Notes: generated by a model not told the origin, from the letters alone. DNA of 64,000 nucleotides from an uncultured Pelagibacteraceae bacterium (GCA_902562645.1 CACETY010000003.1:17569-81568), one strand, 5' to 3'; shown: positions 8,613 to 19,278, counted from the stretch's first letter. Program-made: numbers and translations.

Positions 8613-10571
8613 TCAGATTTTAAATAACTTTTTTGATTTATTTGCAATATTTGAAGATGTTAATCCAAAATATTTATAAATATCTTTATAAGGAGCACTT
8701 TTCCCAAAAACGTCAATTCCAAAAGTCAATCCATTATCACCTAAATATTTTTTCCAACAATCACTTGATCCAGCCTCAATTGAAATTTTCAATTTAGTTT
8801 CTTTTAGGATTTTATCTTTATATTTATTTGATTGTAAGTCAAAAAGCTCCATACATGGCACTGATATAACTTTTGAATATATCTTATATTTGGCTAATTT
8901 ATGGCTAGTCTCTAAAGCTAAGTTTACTTCAGAACCACTTGCTAAAATTGTTAGTTTAATTTTTTTGTTAGTTCTTAAAATTTCATAAGCTCCCAATGCG
9001 CACTTGTTAGTTTTTGAGTATTTATTTCTAATGGGAATGAGGTTTTGTCTAGTTAAGGATAAGATACTAGGTGTTTTAAAGCTCTTTAAAGCATACTCCC
9101 AACACTCAATAGTTTCTAATCTATCTGCAGGTCTAAAGATATTAAGGTTGGGTATTGATCTTAATCCAGACAATTGTTCAATAGGCTGGTGTGTTGGCCC
9201 ATCCTCTCCAAGACCAATTGAGTCATGTGTCATTACATATATAACCTGTCGTTCCATCATAGCCGCTAATCTTATTGATGGCTTGCAATAATCTGAAAAA
9301 ATTAAAAAAGTTCCTCCATAAGGTATTATTTTACTATGCAAAGCTAACCCATTCATAATTCCACACATGGCATGTTCTCTTACTCCATAATGAATATAAT
9401 TTCCGTCAAAATTTCCAGGTTTAATTATTTCATGATATTTTGTCTTGGTGTTATTAGATCCAGCAAGGTCTGCCGATCCACCAATAAGTATATTACTTTT
9501 TTTAACAAAAGAGCTAATAATCGACTCTGAGGACTTTCTTGAAGCAAGAATCTTATCTTCTTTTAATGCTATTTTTTTTTCTTTTAAAGCATATCTTGTA
9601 AAATCATTTTTGAAAAATCTATTTATTTTATTTTTTTTCTTTTCATAAATTTTATTCCATTTGTATTCAATTTTTTCTCCCTTTTTTCCAATTTCTCTCC
9701 ATATCTCTAATATATTTTTAGGAATATGAAATGGTTTATAATTCCATCCTAATTCTTTACGTACCAATTCAATCTCCTCCATCCCTAGCGGGCTTCCATG
9801 AGAAGAAGCTTTTCCTGATTTATTAGGTGATCCATAACCAATTTTAGTCTTGCAGGAAATAACAGTTGGTTTTTTTGCACTTTGAACCTTTTTGAGGGCT
9901 TTAAATATTTCATATTCTTTATGACCATTAATTTCTATGTAATCCCAGCCATAACTTTCAAATCTTTTTTTAAAATTATCTGAAACTGCTAAACTTGTTG
10001 GCCCATCAATAGATATAGAATTATTATCAAACAACATTATTAGATTTTTAAGTTTTAGATGGCCAGCCAAACTCATAGACTCGTGGCTAATACCTTCCAT
10101 GAGACAACCATCACCCGCGATTACATAAGTTTTATGATTTATAATATCTCTACCAATTTTTTTTTTTAAAATTTCCTCTGCTAAAGCAAAACCAACTGCA
10201 TTAGAAATTCCTTGACCTAAAGGACCTGTAGTTGTTTCAATGCCTGAGTTTTTAACATACTCGGGATGACCTGCACAAATAGAGTTTAACTGTCTAAAAT
10301 TCTTAATATCTTTTAATTTAACACTTTTATAACCAGTTAAATAAAGCAAAGAGTAAAGCAACATTGATCCGTGACCAGCAGACAAAACGAATCTATCTCT
10401 ATTTATCCAGCTTGGGTTTTTTGGATTAAACTTTAAAAAATATTTGAAAAGGATTGTAGAAACGTCAGCCATTCCCATAGGCATACCGGGGTGTCCAGAA
10501 TTAGCTTTTTGTACGGCATCCATTGAAAGAGCACGTATAGAGTTAGATAAGGTTTTATTTAATTTTCTCAA
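8613..10571 (-). CDS. tkt: Transketolase
   Basis: SGHPGMPMG, DRFVLSAGHGS, GDGCLMEG, HDSIGLGEDGPTHQP. Confidence 0.98.
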   Translation of the reverse strand: MRKLNKTLSNSIRALSMDAVQKANSGHPGMPMGMADVSTILFKYFLKFNPKNPSWINRDRFVLSAGHGSMLLYSLLYLTGYKSVKLKDIKNFRQLNSICAGHPEYVKNSGIETTTGPLGQGISNAVGFALAEEILKKKIGRDIINHKTYVIAGDGCLMEGISHESMSLAGHLKLKNLIMLFDNNSISIDGPTSLAVSDNFKKRFESYGWDYIEINGHKEYEIFKALKKVQSAKKPTVISCKTKIGYGSPNKSGKASSHGSPLGMEEIELVRKELGWNYKPFHIPKNILEIWREIGKKGEKIEYKWNKIYEKKKNKINRFFKNDFTRYALKEKKIALKEDKILASRKSSESIISSFVKKSNILIGGSADLAGSNNTKTKYHEIIKPGNFDGNYIHYGVREHAMCGIMNGLALHSKIIPYGGTFLIFSDYCKPSIRLAAMMERQVIYVMTHDSIGLGEDGPTHQPIEQLSGLRSIPNLNIFRPADRLETIECWEYALKSFKTPSILSLTRQNLIPIRNKYSKTNKCALGAYEILRTNKKIKLTILASGSEVNLALETSHKLAKYKIYSKVISVPCMELFDLQSNKYKDKILKETKLKISIEAGSSDCWKKYLGDNGLTFGIDVFGKSAPYKDIYKYFGLTSSNIANKSKKLFKI

Positions 10572-10624
10572 AAATTTATCCTTTGTAGACTTAGGTGAAT
10601 CAATTTATTATTATAGATATATAT

Positions 10625-10948
10625 ATGAATTCAATTAGTGAAAAAGAAAAAAAACTATTAGAAACTTTAGGTAAATTAAAAAATCTGGAAAATATAAAAC
10701 CAGATAAAATTTTAGAGTTAGAAAATCTAGAAAACCAAAAAAATCAATTAGAAATTGAAAAAAAAGAAATAGAACAAAAATACCATTCACTTCAACAAGA
10801 AAACCAGATTCTTAAGCAGAAATTTGATGATTTTAAAAAAAAGGAGATTGAAGAAAAAAAAAAAGAAGACCAATTCTATCAAAAAATTGATGAATTAAAC
10901 CAGGAAACAGATAATTTGATGGAAGAAATTGATAAATGGCAAATGTAA
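10625..10948 (+). CDS. Coiled-coil protein upstream of zapA (ZauP/ZapB-like)
   Basis: Heptad-rich E/K/L/Q sequence overlapping the zapA start, in the position held by zauP/DUF4164 in Alphaproteobacteria; ATG at 10625 preferred. Confidence 0.6.
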   Translation: MNSISEKEKKLLETLGKLKNLENIKPDKILELENLENQKNQLEIEKKEIEQKYHSLQQENQILKQKFDDFKKKEIEEKKKEDQFYQKIDELNQETDNLMEEIDKWQM

Positions 10949-11382
10949 ATATTAAATTTAATGGGAAAGATTTTTTGTTATCTTGTGAAGATGGCCAAGA
11001 AGAACACTTAGAGGAATTAGCATTATATTTAAACGAAAAGTATACTAATCTTAAAAACTCTTTAGGAAACATAGGAGAAAGTAAGCTTTTACTCATAACA
11101 TCTATTTCTGTATTAGATGAGTATTACGAGACAAAAAAAAAATTAGATATTCAAAAAAAAGAAATAAATAAAATTACTGAAAGATTTAAAGAACTCAAAT
11201 CGTTAGTTTATAATTATAGAGATTTAAAAGAAAAAGAAATTTCTGAATTAAGTAAAAAACAGGACAATCTGAAGAATGAAATCGAAATCAATCGAAATAA
11301 TTATGAAACTTTAGTTGATAAGACCACTCTTGAATTAGAAAATTTTATTAAAAGAAACGATCCAGATTCCAAGATCCAATAA
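10936..11382 (+). CDS. zapA: Cell division protein ZapA
   Basis: NVNIKFNGKDFLLSCEDGQEEHL...GNIGESKLLL; extended C-terminal coiled coil. Confidence 0.88.
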   Translation: MANVNIKFNGKDFLLSCEDGQEEHLEELALYLNEKYTNLKNSLGNIGESKLLLITSISVLDEYYETKKKLDIQKKEINKITERFKELKSLVYNYRDLKEKEISELSKKQDNLKNEIEINRNNYETLVDKTTLELENFIKRNDPDSKIQ

Positions 11383-11387
11383 TAAAA

Positions 11388-11933
11388 GTGTCTAAAAAAA
11401 ATTTAAGAAAAAAATTAATTAACATTAGAAGAAAAAATTTTGTAGTCCAGAGTATATCTTTTGTTCGTTTTAATAAAATATTAAAAAAATATAATTCAAA
11501 AAAAAATATATATATTGGTGGTTATTATCCTGTAAATAGTGAGATTAATTGTTTAGATATTTTAGAAAATTTAGAAAAGAGAAATTTTAAAATATCTTTG
11601 CCTATTACAAAGAAAAATAATAATATGGATTTTTACGAATGGTCTTTTAAAGACTCGCTTAGAATAAGTCAGCAAGGTATTCCTGAGCCAAATACTAAAA
11701 AAAAAGTTATTCCAGATGTTTTGATTGTACCCCTAGTTGGATTTGATAGGTATAAATTTAGATTAGGATATGGCGGTGGATTTTATGATAGATATATAGG
11801 CAAAATTCTTAAGTTTAAAAAAATTCTAACAGTTGGTTTTGCTTTTTCATTTCAAGAAATTTCAAAAATCCCTATAAATAAATTTGATCAAAAGTTAGAT
11901 TTTATTTTAACAGATAAAGAAATTATTAAATGA
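11388..11933 (+). CDS. ygfA: 5-formyltetrahydrofolate cyclo-ligase
   Basis: GIPEP, VPLVGFD, RLGYGGGFYDR. Confidence 0.94.
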   Translation: MSKKNLRKKLINIRRKNFVVQSISFVRFNKILKKYNSKKNIYIGGYYPVNSEINCLDILENLEKRNFKISLPITKKNNNMDFYEWSFKDSLRISQQGIPEPNTKKKVIPDVLIVPLVGFDRYKFRLGYGGGFYDRYIGKILKFKKILTVGFAFSFQEISKIPINKFDQKLDFILTDKEIIK

Positions 11934-12736
11934 ATATTTTATTTTTAGGAGATATAGTTGGAAACAGCGGCTGTAGTGCAGTAAAAAAATTTTTACCTAA
12001 TATTATTAAATCCAAAAAAATAAACTTTGTTATTGTAAATGGTGAGAATGCCGCAAAAGAAGGTGTTGGCATAACAGAGAATATTGTTAATGAATTATTA
12101 AGTTGTGGAGTTGATGTTATTACTACTGGTAATCATGTCTGGGATCAAAAAGAAACATTTGAATTTATAAAAAATCAAAAGAGATTATTAAGACCACTAA
12201 ATTTATCTGGTGATGTTCCAGGTGATGGTTTTGGTATTTATGATACTTTTGGTGGCTACAGAGTAGGTGTATTAAATTTAATGGGAAATGTTTTTATGAA
12301 AAAATCTGATGATGTCTTTATAAAAAGTAAAGAATTCTTAGATCAAAATACACTTAAAGAAAAATATGATTTTCTCATAGTGGACTTTCATGGTGAGATT
12401 ACAAGTGAGAAAATGGCCATTGGCCATGTATTCGATGGTAATGCTACATTTGTTGTAGGTACCCATACTCATGTACCCACTAATGACGGAAGAGTATTAA
12501 GTAAGGGAACTGCGTATTTAACAGATGCAGGAATGTGTGGTGATTATAATTCAGTAATTGGGATGAATGCTGAAAATTCAATTAATAGGTTTTATAGAAG
12601 AGACTCTATAAAACATTTCCCTGCTGAAGGTGAGGCTTCTCTTTGTGGAGCAATTATCAAAGCTAATCCAAAAAATGGTTTGGCAACAAATATTAGTCAG
12701 TTTATATTTGGTGGTCAACTTCAGAAAGATAACTAA
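11930..12736 (+). CDS. YmdB/TIGR00282 family metallophosphoesterase
   Basis: LGDIVG, NGENAA, TTGNHVWD, DFHGEITSEK, GTHTHVPT. Confidence 0.94.
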   Translation: MNILFLGDIVGNSGCSAVKKFLPNIIKSKKINFVIVNGENAAKEGVGITENIVNELLSCGVDVITTGNHVWDQKETFEFIKNQKRLLRPLNLSGDVPGDGFGIYDTFGGYRVGVLNLMGNVFMKKSDDVFIKSKEFLDQNTLKEKYDFLIVDFHGEITSEKMAIGHVFDGNATFVVGTHTHVPTNDGRVLSKGTAYLTDAGMCGDYNSVIGMNAENSINRFYRRDSIKHFPAEGEASLCGAIIKANPKNGLATNISQFIFGGQLQKDN

Positions 12737-12739
12737 ATC

Positions 12740-13453
12740 ATGGCAGGCCATTCTCATTGGGCAGGGATCAAACATAAAAAAGGAAAAGCAGATAAGCAAA
12801 GATCTGCTATATTTTCTAAATTATCAAGAGAAATTACAGTAGCAGCAAAACTTGGAGATAAAAATCCAGACATGAATGCAAGATTAAGATCTGCCATCCA
12901 GGCTGCTAGATCAGCCAATATGCCGAAAGATAATATTGAAAGAGCCATCGACAAATCGTCAATAGCAGCAGACACTAACTTTGAAAATATAAGATATGAA
13001 GGATTTGGACCTGCAAAAACAGCAATAGTAGTTACTACTTTAACAGATAATAAAAATAGAACTGCCTCAAATATAAGAACAATCTTTCAAAAACATGGAG
13101 GAGGACTTGGTACTCAAGGCTCTGCATCTCATAACTTTCTTCAACTAGGAGTTATCAAAATTGATAAAGAAGAAATGGATGAGGAAAAAATTTTCAACCT
13201 AGCAACTGATGCAGGAGCTAATGATTGTATATTTCATGAAAATTACTACGAGATACATACAAATAATGATGAGATATATGATGTAAAAAATTTATTGGAA
13301 AAAGAGGTTTCTAATTTTATATCTACAGAAATTGAATGGGTTCCTATAAATAAAATTAATCTAAATGAGGAAGAAAAAGAAAAAATGAATAAGTTTTTGG
13401 AAATTTTAGAAGAAGATGACGATGTTCAAAAAATTTATACAAATGCAAATTAA
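12740..13453 (+). CDS. yebC: YebC/PmpR family protein
   Basis: MAGHSHWAGIKHKK, NMPKDNIERAI, RYEGFGP, TDNKNRT. Confidence 0.97.
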   Translation: MAGHSHWAGIKHKKGKADKQRSAIFSKLSREITVAAKLGDKNPDMNARLRSAIQAARSANMPKDNIERAIDKSSIAADTNFENIRYEGFGPAKTAIVVTTLTDNKNRTASNIRTIFQKHGGGLGTQGSASHNFLQLGVIKIDKEEMDEEKIFNLATDAGANDCIFHENYYEIHTNNDEIYDVKNLLEKEVSNFISTEIEWVPINKINLNEEEKEKMNKFLEILEEDDDVQKIYTNAN

Positions 13454-13462
13454 TTTAATTTT

Positions 13463-13951
13463 ATGATAATAATTGGAATAGATCCTGGGATAACTGGTGC
13501 TATTAGTTTTTTTGAAGATGGAGAATTAAAGGATGTAATTGATATGCCTACTATGGCATCAGGTAATAAAAATAAAAAACAAATTAATGGTAGCCAAATA
13601 TTTAACGAAATATCTTTAAGGATTCAAAACCAAAAATCTGAGAATATAAATGTAGTAGTAGAGCAAGTTTCAGCGATGCCTGGACAAGGTGTTACCAGTA
13701 TGTTTAACTTTGGACAATCATTTGGAGTTTTAAAAGGCGTTTGTGCAGCAATGCAACTGCCAATTTTTTTTGTAAGACCTGCTAAATGGAAAAAGTATTT
13801 TGATTTAATAAATTCTCAAAAAGATTCGAGTAGAGTTAAAGCAATCGAGATGTTTCCTAAGTTTTCATCAATGCTTTCTCGAAAAAAAGATACCAACAAA
13901 GCAGACGCAATATTAATCGCAAATTATCATCTAAATACACAAGAAAAATAA
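13463..13951 (+). CDS. RuvC-fold Holliday junction resolvase, MOC1/phage type
   Basis: IGIDPG...VVVEQV...PGQGVTSMFNFG...WKK...KDSSR...RKKDTNKADAILIA; sits in the ruvC position after yebC. Confidence 0.8.
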   Translation: MIIIGIDPGITGAISFFEDGELKDVIDMPTMASGNKNKKQINGSQIFNEISLRIQNQKSENINVVVEQVSAMPGQGVTSMFNFGQSFGVLKGVCAAMQLPIFFVRPAKWKKYFDLINSQKDSSRVKAIEMFPKFSSMLSRKKDTNKADAILIANYHLNTQEK

Positions 13952-14008
13952 TATCTAACTCACTTTTATAGACAAATTCATGACACATTTTAGTGTGAAA
14001 TCAATTAA

Positions 14009-14683
14009 ATGGATGCAGATATAACTTCTCAGGCAGTAGGATTGGCAGGAAATACAGATTTTTCAATTTTAAGTTTATTTTTGAGAGCGGACTTTATAGT
14101 CAAATCTGTGATTATCATTCTTATCGCTAGCTCAATTTACTCTTGGGCTATAATTTTTGACAAAATTATTATGTTTAGAAAAATTAATAAAGACTCCACA
14201 GATTTTGAAGAAAGATTCTGGAAGTCTAAGTCAGCAGAAACATTTTATAATAGCCTTCCTGCAACCTTAGATAATCCAATGGCCCAATTATTTAAAGACT
14301 CCATGCAAGCTGTCATGAAATCAAGATCAAAAACTAATATAAGCCAAAGACTTGAGAATATTTTAGAAGTAAATATTGAAAAACAAATGAACGTCGTTAA
14401 CAACAAATTTACTTTTCTTGCAACAGTAGGATCTACTGCACCATTTATCGGATTATTTGGAACAGTCTGGGGAATAATGAATTCTTTTCAATCAATTGCT
14501 ATATCAAGAAATACCAGTTTAGCTATTGTAGCCCCTGGAATTGCTGAAGCTTTATTTGCAACTGCTCTAGGTTTGTTAGCAGCAATTCCAGCAGTAATTG
14601 CTTATAATAAATTTGGTAATGATTCTAAAAAATATTCACAAAAATTAGAAAATTTTTCAAAAAGATTTATTTCTATAATTTAA
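14009..14683 (+). CDS. tolQ: Tol-Pal system protein TolQ
   Basis: FLATVGSTAPFIGLFGTVWGIM and APGIAEALFATALGL. Confidence 0.97.
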   Translation: MDADITSQAVGLAGNTDFSILSLFLRADFIVKSVIIILIASSIYSWAIIFDKIIMFRKINKDSTDFEERFWKSKSAETFYNSLPATLDNPMAQLFKDSMQAVMKSRSKTNISQRLENILEVNIEKQMNVVNNKFTFLATVGSTAPFIGLFGTVWGIMNSFQSIAISRNTSLAIVAPGIAEALFATALGLLAAIPAVIAYNKFGNDSKKYSQKLENFSKRFISII

Positions 14684-14684
14684 T

Positions 14685-15101
14685 ATGGCATTTAATTTAA
14701 AGCGCTCAGATAGAGAACCGATGAGTGAAATAAATGTAACCCCCTTCGTTGATGTAATGCTTGTTCTTTTAATTATTTTTATGGTTACAGCACCTTTGCT
14801 AACAGTAGGAGTGCAAGTTGATTTACCCGAAACATCTGCCGATACATTACCAGAAGAAAGCGAACCTCTCACATTGACTATAAACTCAAAAGGTGAAGTT
14901 TTTATTCAAGAGACAAAAATTGAATTTAATAATTTAATTAAAAAAATTTTAGCTGTATCTAATAATAGAACTGATACTAGAATTTATGTAAGAGGTGATA
15001 AAACAATTAATTATGGAAGAGTATTAGAGGTAATGGGTAAACTTTCAGGATCGGGCTTCACTAAAGTTGCTTTAATATCTGAACCATATAAAGAGAGATA
15101 G
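14685..15101 (+). CDS. tolR: Tol-Pal system protein TolR
   Basis: EINVTPFVDVMLVLLIIFMVTAP. Confidence 0.96.
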   Translation: MAFNLKRSDREPMSEINVTPFVDVMLVLLIIFMVTAPLLTVGVQVDLPETSADTLPEESEPLTLTINSKGEVFIQETKIEFNNLIKKILAVSNNRTDTRIYVRGDKTINYGRVLEVMGKLSGSGFTKVALISEPYKER

Positions 15102-15103
15102 TA

Positions 15104-16171
15104 TTGTTTAGAAAAATTTCATTTAGTGGCTTTATAAGTGGATTTAATAATTTTTCTTTTGGAATGTTATTTTCTGTTTTTTTTCATGGGATAATATTTT
15201 TTGCTACAATATTCGCACTTCCATTCGTAGCAAAAAAGCCCTTAGAGCTAATGCCGATTGTTTCAGTTGAGCTGATACAAATTTCTGAGAAAACTAATAT
15301 TCCATATGCTCCTAAGGCTGCAAAAATTATCGAAAAGGCAAAAAATGATAATAAAAAACTACTATCTGAGCAAGCCCCACCAAAAGAGATTAAAAAAGAG
15401 AAAAAAAAGCAAGTAAAATTTGATAATCAAAAAGATGAAATTGATTTATCAAAATCCAAAAAAGTACCAGTACCCCAGAAAAAACAAGATAAAGTTAAAT
15501 TAGAAAACTCCGAAGCAGTCCCATTACCTGATAAAAAACTAGAAAAAATAGAAACCAAACAAGAAACTGAACAACAACCTTCAAAAGAAAATAAAAAAAT
15601 AGTTGTTGAAAAAGAAAAAAGAAAAAAAATTGAAAAAAAAATTGAAAATGATGAAGTAATAAAAGAATTTGCAAAAATTAAAAAACCTTTGAAAGATGAA
15701 AAGGCAAAACAAGTTTCGGAATATGAAAAAAAAGATATCGATGTTAACAAAATTAAAGGTTTAATTGCAAAGCAATATGAGAATATTGGAGAAGTTAAAA
15801 AAAAGACAGAGGGAATTTCACAATCTGAAGATAAGTCTATGAAGCTCTCTAAATTGAGCGTAACCACTGAATATGCAGTTAAACACCAAATTTACACTTG
15901 TTGGTCAGTACCCACTGGGTTGCCATATAGTGAGGATTTACTGGTTACTGTGAAACTGAATTTAGAAAAAAATGGAATTGTAAAAAACTTTGAAATGTTG
16001 GATCATGTAAGAATGAATACACCTGGTGAGGGAGCTTTTTATCAAATAGCACAAAGTGTAATCAGAGCAATTAGACTTTGTAACCCGATAAAAAATCTTC
16101 CAACAACAAGTTATGAAAAGTGGAAAACAATGATATTAAGATTTAATCCAATAGAAATGATGGGTGGATGA
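15104..16171 (+). CDS. tolA: TolA (start uncertain; alternative ATG at 15164)
   Basis: N-terminal TM with S-x3-H, K/E-rich helical stalk and TonB-like C-terminal domain; between tolR and tolB. Confidence 0.85.
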   Translation: MFRKISFSGFISGFNNFSFGMLFSVFFHGIIFFATIFALPFVAKKPLELMPIVSVELIQISEKTNIPYAPKAAKIIEKAKNDNKKLLSEQAPPKEIKKEKKKQVKFDNQKDEIDLSKSKKVPVPQKKQDKVKLENSEAVPLPDKKLEKIETKQETEQQPSKENKKIVVEKEKRKKIEKKIENDEVIKEFAKIKKPLKDEKAKQVSEYEKKDIDVNKIKGLIAKQYENIGEVKKKTEGISQSEDKSMKLSKLSVTTEYAVKHQIYTCWSVPTGLPYSEDLLVTVKLNLEKNGIVKNFEMLDHVRMNTPGEGAFYQIAQSVIRAIRLCNPIKNLPTTSYEKWKTMILRFNPIEMMGG

Positions 16172-17529
16172 GAAAAAAAATTTTATTATTATTTGTTTTT
16201 TGTTTAATTTTAAAGTCTAGCATATCTTATTCACTTGTTGAAATTGATATAACAAGAGGAAATCTTGATCCTCTACCAATATCTGTTTCTCCTTTTTTTG
16301 CTGATGAAACCTCTAAAGAAAAAATAAAAAAAAATTTAAATATAGATAATTTAGGACAAGAAATCTCAAAAGTAATTGAGAATAATTTAAGAAAAACAGG
16401 ATTGTTTGATACTCTAGATAATGAATCTTTTTTACAACAACCAGATATCGCCCATTTAAAACCAAGATTTGAAGATTGGGCTTTAATTAAGTCTCAAGTT
16501 TTAATCACTGGCAAGGTTACTTCTAAAATCATAAATGAAAAAGATTATATTAGGATTGAATTTAAACTTTGGGATGTTTTAGGGGCAAAAATGGTTGATG
16601 GATTTTCATTAACAACAGTGCCAACTAACTGGAGAAGAGTTGGTCATAAAATTTCAGATAAGGTATACGAACGTCTAACAGGAGAAAGAGGTTATTTTGA
16701 TACCAGAATAATATATGTAGCAGAAGAGGGGCCTAAAACTCAAAGGGTAAAAAAATTAGCTATAATGGATCAAGATGGATTTAATACAAAATATTTAACT
16801 TTAGGAAATGAACTAGTATTAACTCCGAGATTTAATCCAACAAATCAAATGGTAACTTATCTTTCGTACTTTAGAAATATGCCTAGAGTTTATCTTTTGA
16901 ATATTGAAACAGGAAAGCAAGAAGTTGTAGGGGATTTTCCTGGAATGACATTTGCTCCAAGATTTTCTCCAGATGGAAAAAAAATTATAATGAGTTTAGC
17001 AAAAGATGGTAATTCTGAGATATGGGTTAGAAATTTAGAGACAAACATACAAGAGAAATTAACTGATCATCCATCTATAGACACCTCACCTTCTTATTCA
17101 CCCGACGGCAAATATATAACATTTAATTCTGATAGAAGTGGTTATCAACAAATTTATGTAATGAGAAGCGATGGATCGAAAGTTAAAAGAATATCATTTG
17201 GAAAAGGAATTTATGGTACGCCAGTTTGGTCACCAAGAGGAGATTTAATAGCGTTTACTAAGTTACACAAAGGTAAATTTTTCATTGGAGTTATGAGAAC
17301 AGATGGATCTGGAGAAAGATTACTTACTGAAAATTTTTATCAAGAGGCTCCTTCATGGTCTCCAAATGGAAGAATAATCATATTTTATAGAGAAACAAAA
17401 ACTGATGATAAAGGTCAAGGGTTTTCAGCAAAATTATGGTCAATTGATTTAACCGGATACAACGAGAGGTTGGTAAAAACTGAGACTGATGCTTCAGACC
17501 CATCATGGTCTTCTTTACTTGGAAATTAA
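16168..17529 (+). CDS. tolB: Tol-Pal beta-propeller protein TolB
   Basis: Signal peptide, [10 protein letters not shown]40-type repeats (PRFSPDG, PSYSPDG, PVWSPRG, PSWSPNG). Confidence 0.97.
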   Translation: MRKKILLLFVFCLILKSSISYSLVEIDITRGNLDPLPISVSPFFADETSKEKIKKNLNIDNLGQEISKVIENNLRKTGLFDTLDNESFLQQPDIAHLKPRFEDWALIKSQVLITGKVTSKIINEKDYIRIEFKLWDVLGAKMVDGFSLTTVPTNWRRVGHKISDKVYERLTGERGYFDTRIIYVAEEGPKTQRVKKLAIMDQDGFNTKYLTLGNELVLTPRFNPTNQMVTYLSYFRNMPRVYLLNIETGKQEVVGDFPGMTFAPRFSPDGKKIIMSLAKDGNSEIWVRNLETNIQEKLTDHPSIDTSPSYSPDGKYITFNSDRSGYQQIYVMRSDGSKVKRISFGKGIYGTPVWSPRGDLIAFTKLHKGKFFIGVMRTDGSGERLLTENFYQEAPSWSPNGRIIIFYRETKTDDKGQGFSAKLWSIDLTGYNERLVKTETDASDPSWSSLLGN

Positions 17530-17624
17530 AGAAAATCAAAGATTCTGTTAAATTTGGTTGATTTTTCTGGACAAAACATCTAATTACATGATTAAGTTCA
17601 TAATATTCTATTGAAGGAGCAAAA

Positions 17625-18179
17625 ATGAATCTAAGCAAAATTTTAAAAAATGCATTTCTTGTTGTTATAATTGGTTTAATTGTTACTGCGTGTGCAACTA
17701 AGAAGTCTGTAAAAACAACACCGACAGAGTCTACTACTACTACTAAAGCAGCCGAGACTCAAAAAGCAGATCCAATTGAAAAATTAGATGCGTTAATGCA
17801 GGGTGACGTTTACATAGGAACTGATACTGTAGGAGAGCTTGCAAGCGGAGTTCCTGACAGAGTATTCTTTGCAACAAATGAGACAATATTAACAACAGCT
17901 TCTAGAGAGACTTTAAGAAAGCAAGCTGCTTGGTTAAGACAGAACTCAGATGTGACTGTTGTAGTTGAAGGTCACGCAGATGAAAGAGGCACTAGAGAAT
18001 ACAACTTAGCTTTAGGTGAAAGAAGAGCTAATGCTGCAAAAGACTATTTGATGACATATGGTGTTTCGTCTGATCGAATAAAAGTTTTAAGTTATGGAAA
18101 AGAGAGACCAGTAGATTCAGGTTCTAACCCACTTTCTTGGTCAAAAAATAGAAGATCTGTAACAGTAAAAGCAAATTAA
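17625..18179 (+). CDS. pal: Peptidoglycan-associated lipoprotein Pal
   Basis: Lipobox VTAC, EGHADERGTREYNLALGERRA, AAGGAG SD. Confidence 0.97.
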   Translation: MNLSKILKNAFLVVIIGLIVTACATKKSVKTTPTESTTTTKAAETQKADPIEKLDALMQGDVYIGTDTVGELASGVPDRVFFATNETILTTASRETLRKQAAWLRQNSDVTVVVEGHADERGTREYNLALGERRANAAKDYLMTYGVSSDRIKVLSYGKERPVDSGSNPLSWSKNRRSVTVKAN

Positions 18180-18194
18180 ATTTAAATAATATAG

Positions 18195-18231
18195 AGAAGA
18201 CTCTGGCTTTAAAATCTAGGGTCTTCTTTTT
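18195..18231 (+). terminator. Rho-independent terminator after pal
   Basis: AGAAGACTCTGG...CTAGGGTCTTCT 12-bp stem (two G-U pairs) followed by a T run. Confidence 0.7.
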
Positions 18232-18258
18232 GCCATTATTATAATTAGAAATGTTCTT

Positions 18259-19278
18259 ATGAGATCATTAATTAAGTTAATTTTAATTAACTTTATTTTA
18301 TTCTTTTGTTTTTCAATTAGTATCTCATTTTCTCAGGATAAAGAAATGAGTGAAATTTTAGAAAATATTCAAAAAGATCTAAGAACTTTGGAAAGAGCAG
18401 TTTACTCCCAGTCCTTTTCTGAAAACACTGACACAAATACAACTCAGAAAGCTTCAACAAAAGAGTCTGAGCAAGCTTTAACAAAACATTTATTAAAATT
18501 AAGTGAAATAGAAATGCAATTTCAGGAATTAACAAATAAATTCGAAGAGGTAAATTTTAAATTAGACAAACTTTCTAGCAAGCTCTCTAAAGTGCAACAA
18601 GATAATCAACTTAGATTTGAGCAAATTGAGCAAAATTCAATAGTAAATACAAATAACAAATCTCTTACTTCTTTACCTAAAACTGAGCAAACATTAACAA
18701 ATGAAGATATAGTTAAAAAAAAAATACTTCCAGGATCCTCAGAACCACAATCACTGGGAGAGTTATCATATAAAGACATGACTACCAGTGATGAAACGCA
18801 AGTAATAGAGTCGGTAGAACAAACTGAAGCAATAATCTCAGAGGTTTTTGATGGAGAGGAAAAATTGTTACCTGATGCTAGCCCAAAAGAGCAATATCAA
18901 TTTGCAAGAAATTTTTTAAAAGTTGGTGATTATACTAGTGCTGAAAAAGCATTTAGAGAATTTGTATTGACTAATCCTGATAATGAATTGTCAGGTAATG
19001 CACAATATTGGTATGCAGAAACATATAGAATACGACAAATGTACACTGATGCTGCCACTGCCTATTTAGAAGGTTATCAAAAGTATCCAAAAAGCAAAAT
19101 TGCTCCTGAAAATTTATTGAAACTAGGAGTATCGTTGGTTCAAATGGGAGAAAAAGATCAGGGATGTTTGATGATTGCTGGAGTTAAAAAACAATATCCT
19201 AATGCGACTCAATCTGTGCTTCAAAAAGCAAAGTATTATGCAGAAAAAGAATTTGAGTGTAAAAAAGAAAATTCATAA
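18259..19278 (+). CDS. cpoB: Tol-Pal coordinator CpoB/YbgF
   Basis: Signal peptide, coiled coil, TPR domain (NAQYWYAE, AYLEGYQKYP, LLKLG). Confidence 0.92.
   Translation: MRSLIKLILINFILFFCFSISISFSQDKEMSEILENIQKDLRTLERAVYSQSFSENTDTNTTQKASTKESEQALTKHLLKLSEIEMQFQELTNKFEEVNFKLDKLSSKLSKVQQDNQLRFEQIEQNSIVNTNNKSLTSLPKTEQTLTNEDIVKKKILPGSSEPQSLGELSYKDMTTSDETQVIESVEQTEAIISEVFDGEEKLLPDASPKEQYQFARNFLKVGDYTSAEKAFREFVLTNPDNELSGNAQYWYAETYRIRQMYTDAATAYLEGYQKYPKSKIAPENLLKLGVSLVQMGEKDQGCLMIAGVKKQYPNATQSVLQKAKYYAEKEFECKKENS

Noticed and set aside
10854-10865. Long poly-A/poly-T runs as phase-variation or frameshift sites (also near 55367)
   Set aside because: Such runs are frequent at this AT content and the reading frames stay intact.
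15380-15740. A-rich low-complexity, repeat-like stretch
   Set aside because: Explained by the Lys/Glu-rich TolA stalk.
17730-17745. ACT trinucleotide repeat in pal
   Set aside because: It encodes an in-frame Thr-rich linker; triplet slippage would not cause phase variation.
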